Of a DNA stretch of 64,000 nucleotides, positions 1-13,900 are shown piece after piece. The number at the start of each line of letters is the position of its first letter. The first letter of the stretch is position 1. Source of the DNA: Pecten maximus (Eukaryota); contig NC_047017.1 in the NCBI RefSeq assembly GCF_902652985.1, forward strand, positions 42,222,001 to 42,286,000, read 5' to 3'. Under the pieces are notes generated by a model that was not told the DNA's origin, searched no databases, and saw nothing but the letters and a program-made list of their open reading frames with translations. A program made the position numbers and the translations under genes.

Positions 1-1162
1 CGGACGCTTTTAATTGTCGTGATTAAGGAGAATACTTAGTTTTATGATATATCTTAACAAGATTTTACGCCTGATAATATTTTTTCTAAAAGTGATTTTA
101 CAGCTATAGCCGCTATAAATCAATCTACATCTATTGATAATATAAGGGAGTGTGATGGGTGTATGTTTCCTTGGCATCGTGATGTAACATTGTGATATCT
201 AATGATTGTTTCATTGGCATCGTGATGTAATATTGTGATATCATGTACAAATAAGGTATATAGTCTATTTTTCTTCATTTTTGTTCTTTCCGTACGAGAT
301 TGAAAACAATCGGCACGAAATTACTGTTTTTTGCAAGGCATGTCTGTTCTCTAAAACAAAATAATAAAAAAAACTTTGATGAGAATGGAAATGACTACCG
401 ATATGTGTTCTGCTTCCTTTAAGGACGTCACACTACAAGGGAACACTATCACGAACGATATACCCATTTCATAAATTTCACTTTTTATGCATGCACATCA
501 CTTTTATGATAATTAAACGTGCTACATTCCGCCCTATCAAAGCCCTAAGTCCGTTCTTTATCATATGCGTTTTAAATTGTTGCAAGGTTTTGGAGAGCAG
601 TCGATATGAATACTATTTGCTTGCGAGTTAAATAGAATACCGCCCGCTCAGTCACTTTAAATCTGTCAAGCTTTCTAAACATTGTCACAAACCCAGAACA
701 AATTTTCTATAATATAGGTCCTCGTGATTCTAAAAGGGTGTTAATATGTCACACAAGTCCAAAATGATTTTGTTTTTACTTTTGTCATGTGATACAAGCC
801 TATAACTGTACATTTGTGAATTTAGAAGTGATGACCGTTTTAAAATCATACCCTACGCAGCGATAATCTGAAGTCGGAAACGAACACTTTTTAAAGTGAG
901 TCCGAGGTTATTCATCTTCGGACTGCACTACGCTACGCTAAGTGTAGGTAGTATGTAAGATGGAGATTATTTAGAAAAGAAACGATCGCACATTTGTGAA
1001 CAATGGTTCTTAAAAAGGAACTAATGTAAAAAGTAAAAACATTGCTTTGAAAGAAATTTCAAAATAAATCGTTCTTTTCTGGTCTTTATTCTAACTTTCG
1101 ATTCCACTGTCACCATGAGTATGTGTGACTCAAACCGGATTTTACCTGGCTTTGTATTGGGT

Positions 1163-1725
1163 TGTCGTCGATGTGACCTAGATTGGTATGACAGATGTCG
1201 TCGATGTGACCTAGATTAGTATGACAGATGTCGTCGATGTGACCTAGATTACTTTGACAGATGTCGTCGATGTGACCTAGATTAGTATGACGGATGTCGT
1301 CGATGTGACCTAGATTAGTATGACAGATGTCGTCGATGTGACCTAGATTAGTATGACAGATGTCGTCGATGTGACCTAGATTAGTATGACAGATGTCGTC
1401 GATGTGACCTAGATTACTTTGACAGATGTCGTCGATGTGACCTAGATTAGTATGACGGATGTCGTCGATGTGACCTAGATTAGTATGACAGATGTCGTCG
1501 ATGTGACCTAGATTAGTATGACAGATGTCGTCGATGTGACCTAGATTAGTATGACAGATGTCGTCGATGTGACCTAGATTACTTTGACAGATGTCGTCGA
1601 TGTGACCTAGATTAGTATGACGGATGTCGTCGCTATGATCTAGATTAGTATGACGGGTGTCGCCATGACCTAGATTAGTATGACGGGTGTCGCCGTGACC
1701 TAGATTAGTATGGCAGATGTCGCCG
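1163..1725. repeat. 33-bp minisatellite (TGTCGTCGATGTGACCTAGATTAGTATGACAGA), about 17 copies, with 165-bp higher-order structure
   Basis: Direct tandem copies visible. The variant ACTTTGACAG recurs at 1251, 1416 and 1581 (every 5 units). The last copies decay. Confidence 0.95.
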
Positions 1726-2395
1726 TTGAAGCAGAAGACGCCTACCTGGCCTTATTATGCTTGTACTCTCTCAAAAGTGTCTCATAAAGTTTGTAATGTT
1801 CGTTTTCTTTTTGCATTGAAAGTTTGACCTTGTGGGTGTCTGTCATAAATCATTGCGAAACTAAATAACTGGAAAATTAGTATTCTCTTGAAAGAAGCTA
1901 CCAAGTATTTCATGTCTGGAATGGTAGTAATAATAATTTCTGTGCAAATATAACACTTGGTGTTCCTAAACAGTTTCTTTTTAGACTTGAAATTACCGTC
2001 ATGTAGATAAAATCAAACAAATATGGTACTCTCACAATGAACAGGAAAGTAACAATGAAAGGTATACAACAAGAAATACACATTTTACTGTACAACGAAG
2101 GCGGAAACAGATGTTTATAGTAGTCATCACACAGGGTCAATTCTCATTGCTTGATTTAATTTTCTAAGCGTGTCATAATCACCAATGAAGCTAGTTGTGG
2201 AATGTTGATAAGGAGGCTTTGATCACCGCTCTATCAGATCAATAAGTACAGCTCCATGTGTAAGATTACAAACATCACTGATACTGGCTGACATCGGATT
2301 GCTAGATGTGAGATTTTGTTTCTAACCGGAACCGAACAGTTTCTTGAAGAAACAATTGCTATTTTTTTATTTTTGAATACAAAATAACATTCAGA

Positions 2396-2898
2396 ATGGC
2401 GTATGGAAATGGATATGATCTACCAGTGTTTGGTTTAGACAATGGCTCGTTTTATGCGTTGCATATCCTGGCGATAACATGCATTTTACTGAGTTTGTCA
2501 TCGGCCATGTTCATAATTATTGCCTCTTTTAAACAACATGGATTACGAACATTTTTCACCTGGTCAAAGAGCGAAAGACTTGTCGTTTATCTTGCTATAT
2601 GCGATGCTTGTTTTAACATATGCCATTCACTCGACCATCTTCATATCCTCCTATCGAAAGACCATGTGCGGCCACCATCACTTTGCAAGTTTTATGGTGT
2701 GAATATTGTCGAGTTTGTTTTTGCTCAAACTCTTATGGTCAACGTGGTAGCCATTAACGTTTTTGTAATGATATATTTCGGGAAGAACATTGATTTTGGG
2801 AAGCGTGACTGGCGTTTGTTGTTATGGACTTTCGGAACACCCTTCCTGATCGCAATGATACTATTATCGACAGGACAACTCGGACCAACTGGAGCTTA
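2396..2898 (+). CDS. Orphan 7TM GPCR (cAMP-receptor/GPR157-like), exon 1 (TM1-TM4)
   Basis: 167-aa ORF with four hydrophobic helices, ERLVVYLAICD in TM2 and a Cys at the top of TM3 (LCKFYG). The apparent TAG stop overlaps a GTAAGT donor at 2899 (phase 2). Confidence 0.85.
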
Positions 2899-5800
2899 GT
2901 AAGTTTATCTTCTTCTTTACACTCATCTAAGACATTGACATTTATTTTCTAATTTCATCTAAAGTGGAGTCTTTTTTTAACATTTCTTTCTAAAACTTGA
3001 TTGATAGCATGCATTTTGAAAGATAAAAACCCCATCAATTTAATTTTAATTTACATTGTTTAACATTTTGTTAACTCAAATCCATGATGCTTTTTTAACT
3101 ACCGTAAAGTATACCGGTATTTAAATGTAAGCACACTTGTTGAGTTGCATGCATAGAAAATAGATCAAGTATATAAATTATTGCAGTTTAATATGGTGCC
3201 TACTTTCGACCATCTTGCCTGTTCGCGTTGATACGCGACAATGCTATACACTGCAATAGCGCGATAGTCCGACAAGATGACCTAGACAGCGCGATTGAAT
3301 TACATAATGACATAACAATGCCACGTTGGCAAGGCTCTTTACCCTACCACTCTAACCATGGTGCGTTAAATCGCTCTTCGGTTGACATGCTCTGTGCAGA
3401 TTGAAACAGTATTACTGCTCCATTTCGGCTGTGTTAGGCGATGGGATTTTAAAAATGATGTAATGCTCTTTGTTATATATTGAACGATCTACATGTAGTT
3501 TTAGAACCATCAAAAGGGTTATATAACAACATGTATTTTCCTGTGTGTTATATGACCTAACTAACGAAATCATCGTTTATAAGTGTGTAGACATGAAACT
3601 TGACGCATTCATAGCCGGACCGGTGCCAACAAGCTCAATTAATTTAAATGCGCGATGACTATTTTCTTTTGTGTTTTGCCTTTTTTCCAATAAAACATTA
3701 ATGGTATATGGCAGAATTAACTAAAATATAACGACGAAAATATGAAATATTTGAAATAATTTAAATGAATTAAATCAAAAACGGTGTTACTGCGGTACTA
3801 TAGCTTGATTATGCCTTTCAACTTCACGGCGCCATTTTGAAATTATTGATCAACGCAATTTAAGCGTTTTCTGCTGTTATCGGAGAATCTGTGCAAAAAA
3901 GCTAACGTCAAGCGAGTATTTTGTAAAAAAAAAACTAGTCTGAATTTTTTAGTAATACAGCAAAATAAGCAATTTAACTATCTTCTGCTTCGATTGGAAA
4001 AATCGGCAAGTTTCAATTAGGTGAATTCAAAGTGTTGCTCTGATTGGTCAAAAACCCAAAACTTACATTTTCACTGCAAAACTTACATTTTCACTGCTAA
4101 TCGCGGCAGTGAAAATATAAGTTTATTGCGTATTCACTTTTCCACTCTATACACTACCATGCCCCATTCAAAACCCAGGGAAAACTTAGATCTATTGTGT
4201 TCTGTCACGTAAAAGGTGAACGGCGATTTTCAGACGAACATTATATTTCGTGCAAAATGTAGGAACTACAAAGATGTAATTTTCCCAAGGTTGAAATCCA
4301 GACAAGGAATAAGGTTCTGGCTAACAACATCTTCAGTTGTGTGAAAATATCATCAAATATACTCAAAATGCTATACAAGCGGAAAAAATATTCCGCCTGT
4401 TGCCGTTGTGGTTGGTTTTGTTTTCATGCGAAATTGATTTCTGGGAAGAGCTTATCATAGACACTGCATTCAATTCATTCAATTTTACCTATTGATATAC
4501 TGATAATGGTGTGTCTTTAAATTGCGTAAATAGTATCAATAGGATATATTCCAGATACTCTGTAGAATTTGAAATCATTACTTCCATATTAACCGCTTAC
4601 CGTGTATCTCGATATTCAATTACATTATTTCCCTACTTTTATTTACCATTTCTAGAAAGAAACACTTTCTTGTTCTCTGCTGTTCTAATATTCTCTTTCT
4701 GTTAAAATTATAGTGTCGAGATGTTTGAAAAATTGCCCGTTCTTCAAGAAGGTTTCTATAGAAAGACGGACTTTGGATAAGTTCGTATGTGTGATAAATT
4801 GCATAAACATGTTTCTTTTTCATACCACTTTGTATTTGTTTTGGTTTTTTTTAACTTTTCTTCCCATTTTGTACTGTTATTGATTATCAACGAAAGTGTT
4901 GTTATCTAATTTAGAAATTTCGCTCCAATATTGAAATGCTCTATTCAGCCATGACCATTTTACTTTGTCGAATGCTTTACTTTGATCGAGCGCTCTTTCT
5001 CACTGATTTACATCTATGTATTCAAAAATATGTTGGGTAAGCGTATTGTCGTATGATATGTTTGACCTTGAACAAATCCTTTCTGATTCGGGTAAATTTT
5101 AACCTTTTAATTAGTTTCTATTAGCTATTAGCTTTTTATATAAAATGTGAGCCTACCTGTTGTTTGAGATTAAGACAGTTTATTTGATGCAAATATTTGT
5201 TTTAAATCGAAATTCTTCTTTTATCGAATACCAGTATCATGTTATGCTCCTTGGCATGTCTGATGTCTGTCATCATCCGATTTCCCATATTGAGAACGTA
5301 AACTAACAAGGACATAACATAGACTTTCATTACGGTTATCGTCAGTGACACAGTAGACCTTTATCTTTTTATAATACATCGTCTTATTCCCCAATCTACA
5401 TTCAAATATTAACACTTTTCTCCCATGTAAACAATGTTTTATCTTATTTTATTCTGAACTTGATCGTGTTATTGTTGGATTATGGAAAGAAAAGGTCGCT
5501 TATACATATACCGCAGGTTAAAATATCAAGAATTACAGGAACTGCATAATTACCAGAATCTTTAATTATGATGCATTACAGAAGTAAGCTCCAAATAATG
5601 ACATGTTCCATCCAACCAAGTTGATGTAAGTGGTATTGATGACAGACATGTTCCTTCAAATATCCATTTAAGTGAGTCTCTAACCGACACCTCAAAGCAG
5701 CGAGAAGCTGTTTGTTCAGTCCAACCGAATGATGCTGTATTTCAACTGACCTCGTTGTACTGCGGCTGAAATTTAGTGCTTAAGACAATTTAATCATCCA

Positions 5801-7078
5801 TGAAAATTGATGCTACACTTGTTCAGATTTCTAAAGTGATGTTTTAATTATAATGAAGAAAGTCGATTTTCTGTGACTGTCCTGTTATTTATTCCCTTAA
5901 AATGAATAATGTTTCGGTAATTGCGCCTTTGAAGTTAAGAAATCAATGTTCTGTAGTCATGTAGAAGGCCGGCATCTCCTCAGTATATATAATTCTTTAA
6001 GGAACAATTAAGTGAAAATATTAACATATTGAGGCAGCTATCATAACCTGTTAATCAGGTTTTAATAAAAGCCTGACACAATAGGGAAATTGAAATATGT
6101 TGGCGGTTTGATAATTATAAGGTTTTGTTACAACTAAGACGTAAACAAACAAACAATAACGCAAACAAAACAAATAAAAGGCAAGTATTAATCGTAATCA
6201 TGATATCAGAGGGACAGTCGTTATATTGATCAGCTTTAAAACAGCTACTACTTTACAATTAAATACAGGAAAAAATAGTACTTGAAATAATAAAAAAATC
6301 ACTATCATTCATGTTTATATAAACACAGTAAGGGTATTATGAATTTACCAAGTGTAGATTATACAGAGAATAAATACAGGAATTCTATATGAAATAGCAA
6401 ATAATGAATTAATCATACAGGTATTATATGCAAAACAAATAAACCCATGTAGTTTTGGATTAAGTGTTTAGAAAAAAAAGTATCGACTATTAAACAAATA
6501 ATAGGAACGAGAAAAATTCGGGTTTGTCAGAAATGTTATTAGGTATTCTGATAAAGTTGCATTTAAATTCCTATCAGTACGAAATTATAATAAGACTTCA
6601 AATCAATATCAGAATTCATTAACACATTGTGCTGACTATTCATCAAATCATATTAGCTCTATACTTCAAAAGATTCCATTTACATCAGATTACTTTTCCT
6701 GGCCTACTTTTCGTGGCACCCAAATTACTTTTCTTTGTTACCACTTTTTATATTTACATTTTTATTACCTTCGCTGGCTTTGAATTTTTAATCAATTTTT
6801 TTTTTCGTCACAACTATGGTAATCAAAAAGTTGATCTCCCTTTGCCTTAATCACTGTTGTACTTCATTTCAATAATTTTATCAATATTCATATAAATTTT
6901 CTTATTTATTTAACGAAGGCCTAAATCTGAATGGGACACGACAATGACATTGCCCTGTAGAATGGTGGATATTGTACTTTATCAGGTTGTACGATACACA
7001 AGTCAACTACACCTAAAGTTAAGGTTAAGAAATGAACATGCACATCGCATACTCAGAATAATAAATATAAAGATGCAG

Positions 7079-7465
7079 CCTACAGCTCTTACGTCCTACA
7101 GCTCTTATATCCTACAGCTCGTATGCCCTACAGTTCTAACATCCTACAGCTCTTACATCCTACAGACCTTATATCCTACAGCTCTTGCGTCCTATAGCTC
7201 TTATGACCTACAGCTCTTACATCCTACAGTTGTTACATCCTAAAGCTCTTACGTCCTACAGCTCTTACGTCCTACAGTTCTTACGTCCAACAGCTCTGAC
7301 GTCCTACAGCTCTTTCCTCATACAGCTCTTATGTCCAACATCTCTTACATCCTACATGTCTTACATCCTAGAGCTCTTACATCCTACAGTTCTTACATCC
7401 TACAGTTCTTACGTCCTACAGCTCTTACGTTCTACAGTTCTTACGTCCAACAGCTCTGACGTCCT
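7079..7465. repeat. 16-bp degenerate minisatellite (CCTACAGCTCTTACRT), about 24 copies
   Basis: Tandem copies visible within the GPCR intron. They explain spurious ORFs 6944-7243 and 7185-7538. Confidence 0.9.
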
Positions 7466-9416
7466 TATTTGTTCAATCATTGGGAGCCTAAATCTGAAAT
7501 CCAAAAGATTAAACCAGGAAAATCAAAATAGGTGTTAAGATATAACGAAATAAACATCAATCGACCTAGCAGAGTCTCGTGGGTTTCCGACGATTTGTTT
7601 TAAGTGATGTACTGAATATTGTTGACTTGTAGAAGTAATTAATTGGTACATGATCATCTATAGTCTGATGTATATGGTTTAAAGATCACCTGAATATAAA
7701 TGCGTCTTTTCATAATGTATATATATATATATTTCAGTGTTGTTACACAGATGGGGAGAGCTAATCCTTTGTTTATAATCAATCCTTTGTGTTTAATCAA
7801 TTTGATAATGTTTTAAAGAAGAAGACCAGTTACAAGGATATAATTCCTGGACAAAATAGAAGTTTTATATATAAAAGATTTTATAAATATATCTATATTA
7901 AGAAATAATGAATATTTCGTTTGTAAATTGTTTCCTGATAACTGATTACAATGGTCAAAATGGATACATCATTTTTACTCATATAATAGAATACAAAACG
8001 CTAGCTTAATAGTATAAGAATCCAGGCTTACATTTGACGTTGACAAAAGTGGCAATACTCTTCTGAAATGGTCTATGCACTGTACTGTAACAACCCAGCA
8101 AACTGTCACGAGAGGCGTGGGAAAGTCTTGTTGGACAGAAAAGTGTAACAGGTATTTACACTATGTAGAATGCAGGCCACCTATATTAAACCGTTTAATG
8201 ATATCATGCTTGCAACATCGGCTTAGCAGGTGCGACAAGTCTCTGTGCACGATAGTCCATCCAACATATAACATCCCCTCCTTGTAATGTTACATGGTTT
8301 TCACATTAAGTAACAAAACATCAAAATATTCTTGTCGATAGCTTGAGGAAATGGATATTGTTTATTGCCTGTAAACAGCGTGGCTTTATTTACTGGCTAG
8401 TATAATCAAAAGTGTTGTTTAAATAGCACATGCATCAATCAGATCAATACAATGCGAAATCTATTAAAGGTTTATCCTGGTGGATTTGAAATAAAATGTA
8501 CAGTGTTTTTGGTCAATAGTTAAGTATATTTCACTCTTGTTATTAATATTGTTTATTGCGCAGATAACTTATTAATATTGTTTATTGCGCAGATAATTAA
8601 CATAACGCACATGCCACGGTAGGAAAGTATATATAGTATATATATGTGTGTGTGTAAAATGAATATGGTATATATTGTAATAAAATGAACGACATGGGTT
8701 AATCATTATTATATTTACCTTTATCATTAAAATCAATAACAAAACAAGGTTTTACTTGATATATGTGCTTTGCGTTACCTTCGGTGCTATTCTAAACAGT
8801 AATGATGATTTAATTGTATTTATGTATAGCATGAATTAACATATTCATACCTATAACATTTGAATTTGCATTATTGTTTTAGCGTACACACAAAAAGGAA
8901 TATCAGAAATATATATACATACATGTATATATCGTTAATAATTTTATAGCTTTAAAAAACGAATTTAACTTATATAAAAATAGCTACCGAGAATGAAATA
9001 GATACCATATCCAAAAACATAAAACAAAACAAGTAGTGAGATCTAAAGTTGTCGGTAATTGATAATCAAAACTTAAAACAGCCCTTGGAAATGTTGGCAA
9101 GGTGTGACATGAGCTCCAGTGTTTTGGTCCTATTACGATCATTAAGAGAACAGATGGGGACTCAGGTTTGGTGAGGTTCATATTAATGTGTTTCTGAATC
9201 TAAATTCCATTGCTAAATATCGTTAACTTGTACATAAACAGTCAGCGAGAAGATCTCATTGTATCACCTCATTATCCATAGTCACTGTATAGCCAGCCAT
9301 GTAAGGTTGAGACGTGTGCAATCAACCGTAACGTGATCGATACATAGTGTACTGACCACATTCCTGAGCGTTCTAGCTTCATATACAGATATATTTATTA
9401 TATCATTTATACCGTA

Positions 9417-10886
9417 ATGACGCTACAGAGAGAACTATCGGTACACTTTTATCACAAGTTCCTAAGGGGAGTATCACATGAAGATGTATTAAATGGTATA
9501 GAAAAACTGAAAATTACTGATCATATAAAAGCGGTACAGATAACTGAGGACAGGTGTGTGATAACTTGTCAAAACGAGGACACTAAACGTGCATTATTAC
9601 TCAATGGAGCTGAAATAAAAAACCAATCAGTGAAACTTTTTGAAGTTGAGAAAACTGTGACAAACGTAACAATTAAAGATGCGCCATATGAACTTGGCAA
9701 CGAAGTCATAGCTTCATACATGTCTAAATATGGTCAAGTTGTGTCTGGAAGTGTTCGGAGAGGTACTATTCGCGGTACAACTATTGAAAACGGAACTAGA
9801 TACTTAAATATCGTTGGTTGCGTTCCTACGCTTCCGTTACGGGCATCAATCGGGCGCTTTGACATTCGTATTTTTGCGAACAATAATAGAACGCCATGTT
9901 ACCATTGCAATTTGAAAGACCACCCATCTTTCAAGTGTCCAAACAAACCTGAGCGTGAACCCAAGAGATGCTATGTATGTCAGAGTACTGATCACATCGC
10001 TCGGAATTGTCCACAAAATGAAGACCGTTTATGTCACTATTGCAACATGCCCGGTCACATTCAATCGGAATGTAAAGAACGAGATTTGGACCAATACAGC
10101 GAATACGCTGAAGATATAAGAGAAGGCAATAAAGACGGTTCTCACGAGTCGGACAATGAAACACACGAAACTATCACGGACAATAGACAAAAAATGCAAC
10201 ATAAGCCAATATCGCTAATACTTGGTGCGTCTAACGCGAAGCGAATCAAATTCAAGGCAAAGAATGTTGTAAACGCTTCGGTCTCAGGTGCTTCTCTAGC
10301 GAATATCGACCAATCACTGGAAACATCATTGTCATATGTAGGGGAGGATGCTTACATTAAAAACGTCACCGTTTGCCTTGGTACCAATGACGTTACAAGA
10401 AATCAAGATGACACAGACCAAATTGTAGTTGATCTTACAGCGGCTATAAATAAAATTGAATACCAATTTCCAGACGTTCCTATTGGAATTTGTGGAATTA
10501 TACCAAGGAAAGGTAATAGTGAGAAAGTATCCTTTCTCAATGATGTCGCAGAGAACGTCAATAGTTTTGCAGAAAAAATGTGTAAAAAGAAACCTCTGCT
10601 GGAATACGTAGATACACAGCGCCTCTTCACCAATGCAGGGAAAGTAATCGACACCCTTTACGACCCCTTTGATGCTGCAGGAATTCATATAAGTGAACAA
10701 GGTGTTGTTAAAATGCGCAATAAAATATCAACTTTCATGAACAAACCGGTAGATAACTCAGGTCCCATTACCGGAACTCCAGTTAATAGAAAGCGCAACA
10801 TTAGTGCAGCTACACCTCCATCAGCAGAACGTCAGCAAAGAAAGATACAAAAGTATGGAACACCGGGTACACCAGAAAATGTTTAA
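9417..10886 (+). CDS. LINE ORF1p: Tx1/ZCCHC3-like RRM region, three CCHC zinc knuckles and a C-terminal SGNH esterase-like domain
   Basis: Knuckles CYHCNLKDHPSFKC, CYVCQSTDHIARNC, CHYCNMPGHIQSEC. SGNH-like blocks LILGASN, VSGA, LGTND and DAAGIH. Intact 489 aa. Confidence 0.85.
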   Translation: MTLQRELSVHFYHKFLRGVSHEDVLNGIEKLKITDHIKAVQITEDRCVITCQNEDTKRALLLNGAEIKNQSVKLFEVEKTVTNVTIKDAPYELGNEVIASYMSKYGQVVSGSVRRGTIRGTTIENGTRYLNIVGCVPTLPLRASIGRFDIRIFANNNRTPCYHCNLKDHPSFKCPNKPEREPKRCYVCQSTDHIARNCPQNEDRLCHYCNMPGHIQSECKERDLDQYSEYAEDIREGNKDGSHESDNETHETITDNRQKMQHKPISLILGASNAKRIKFKAKNVVNASVSGASLANIDQSLETSLSYVGEDAYIKNVTVCLGTNDVTRNQDDTDQIVVDLTAAINKIEYQFPDVPIGICGIIPRKGNSEKVSFLNDVAENVNSFAEKMCKKKPLLEYVDTQRLFTNAGKVIDTLYDPFDAAGIHISEQGVVKMRNKISTFMNKPVDNSGPITGTPVNRKRNISAATPPSAERQQRKIQKYGTPGTPENV

Positions 10887-10977
10887 AAACTTTTAAAATA
10901 TTTTTGGGTGTAAATTGTCTTCAGTTGTTTAAACAAAATTATTCAACTAACTTTTTTGTACCTTTTATAGAAATCCT

Positions 10978-13900
10978 ATGTCAGTAACTATAGCTTCAAT
11001 TAATATAAATGGTTTACGAAATGTTGAAAAACGAAATGCTTTTTTCTACTGGTTAATCAAGAAAAAAATCGATATAATTGCATTGCAAGAAACTCACTGT
11101 AGTGATAATGATACCAAACTTTGGTCAAAAGAATGGTCGATTTTAGGTGGTGGCAAGAGCCTATGGAATAATGGTACGTCAGCCTCAAGAGGAGTAGCTA
11201 TCCTTACTAATAGTAGGACAAAAATATTACTAACAGAGCTCAATAGAGATAAAGAAGGACGGTTATTAACATGTAATATAAAAAGCGATGATAACGACCT
11301 TTTTAATTTAGTTAACCTGTATGCACCAAACAATTGCACGGAACGTAATCAATTTACAAGAAAAATTATAAATAAACATTCATGCAACAGTAGTTACGTA
11401 TATGCAGGAGATTTTAATTGTACATTAAATAATCAGATGGATAGATACCCACATAAAAACACGGATGACTCAACTGCCGCAAATCTAAACTTTTTCATTG
11501 AATCTTTCCAACTGATAGATATTTGGAGACTACGCAATCCGTTAAAATCTGATTACACTTTCAGAAGAGGCATTTCGAAATCAAGAATTGACATGTTCCT
11601 CATAACATCAGATATTGAAAGTGATACAATCAGCACAGATATTAAGCCTTGTGTTCATAGTGACCATGATATGATCACAATTAGAATAAAGTTAAATAAA
11701 ACAACAACTGGTCCGGGCACGTGGAAAATGAATGTAAATACCATACAAAATGATTATTTTAAAAATACCTTTCAAGCCTTTTGGAGGCACTGGACTACAG
11801 AAAAACGTAAATTTAACAATTTGAAAGATTGGTGGGATATTGCTAAAATTAAAATAAGAGAAATCACAATATCTATTTCGAAGATTAAAAAAACACCGGA
11901 TAGAATCATTGATGAATTGGAAAACGAACTAAGAAAACTAACAAAGGAAGACACCGTGTGTAATGATAAAATCAATAAGTTATCTAATACCTTAAGAGAA
12001 CATTATAGTCAGAAAGCAACTGGATTGAGAGTTAGAGCAAGAGTGCAAGAATATGAAGAAAATGAAAGATCAACCAAATACTTCTTCAACCTAGAAAAGC
12101 AACGCGCAAAAGAGAAATTATGGCATAAAATTAAAACAGCTGAAGGGATTTATAAAGAGGACTTACAGTCTATACAAAAAGAACAAATACGATTTTACAA
12201 ACAACTCTTTACTTCTGAGGGGTGGGATAGAGAAGCCGCAGATAAGTTGCTAGAAAACGTGCAGAAAAAAATTACTGATGAACAGAACTTGTATATGGAG
12301 TATGAATTAGAAGAAAACGAATTATTAAAAAGTATCAGTGAAATGAAGAAGAATAAATCACCAGGAGAAGATGGTATAACTGCAGAGTTTTATCAAATTT
12401 ATTGGTATGTTATCAAGAATGATTTCATTGAACTTGTTAACGAAATATGTAGAACTAATAAACTATCTGAATCACAATATAAAGGAATACTAACACTATT
12501 GTACAAAAAAGGTGAGAGAGAGGATATAAAGAATTGGAGGCCGCTAACAATGTTAAATGTAGACTATAAGATAATTGCAAAAACTTTGGCTAATCGAATT
12601 AAAAAAGTGCTTCCTGATATTATTCATCCGGATCAGAAAGGGTTCGTCCCGGGGAGAAATATTGCTGATGCTAACAGATTAATACAAGATGTTTTTGACT
12701 ATAGTAATTTAGAAAATAAAGAGGGCGCTGTTATCTTCTTAGATCAGCAAAAGGCGTTTGATAGAGTTGAATGGGGATGGCTTGATAAATGTCTTGAGAG
12801 GTTTAATTTTGGAACGAAAATGAGGGGATGGGTACAAATGCTGTTAAAAGATGCAAAAACTTGTATTAAAACCAATGGTTTCATTTCTGAGTACTTCAGC
12901 ATCTCTAGATCTGCTAGACAGGGCTGCCCAATCGCGCCGATTTTATATATTATGCAAGCAGAGCCTTTAGCATCTTCGATTAGAAAAAACAATAACATAA
13001 AAGGAATAACACTGCCAGGTCAAATCGAAACAAAGATTAATATGTTTGCGGACGACACCCAACTGTTTGTCAACGATGAAAGTTCAATAACAGAGTCATT
13101 CAAACTTTTAGGGGAGTATGAAAAGGCATCTGGTTCTAAAGTAAACCTACAAAAAACCACCGGAATTTATCTGGGACGATGGAAAAACAATATCCCACGT
13201 TACACAGCAATAAACTGGACAATATCTTATATCAAAACACTTGGCGTTAACCATGGACATGCAATAGACGACGACGCAATATGGAAGGAAAAAATAAAAA
13301 AGATTAACAGTTGTGTGCAAATTTGGAAAACAAGAAACCTATCTTTGTTTGGTAAAAATATCATTATTAAATCACTTATCATATCTAAAATAGGTTTCGA
13401 AATAGACGCCCGTGGCATACCTGAAAAATTCTTGAAGGAAATAAATACAATCATATGGAAATTTGTTTGGGATGGGAAGGTGGAAATGGTTTCCCGTAAT
13501 GTAGTGCGCTCCCAGAATTCAAGGGGTGGAATGGATATTATGGATGTAAATATGTTTACACTGAGTAAGCAGATAAAACTTATGTATAAAATATTGCAAA
13601 CTAACACAAGTGCGTGGAATGCCATTGGGCAGTATTGGCTCCATTCATTAGATGCGAAGTATGATATAAATTTCATGCTATGTAAATGTTCTGATATTAG
13701 CTCTTTAAATCTTAATCACATGTCTCCGTATTATAAAAACCTATTATCAGCATGGTCAATGTTTCTAAGAGTAAATAAACCTAATAGTACAGGAGAACTT
13801 TTAAAACAAGAATTATTTGGCAATCATCTGATTGTTTTTAACAGAAAATCATTATTTTATAGTTCATTTTCAAAAAGTGGAATCCACACCATAGGAGATT

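Noticed and set aside
1163-1725. CRISPR-like appearance of the 33-bp array (also the 32-bp and 46-bp arrays)
   Set aside because: Units are head-to-tail without unique spacers of CRISPR length, there are no cas genes, and the context is eukaryotic.
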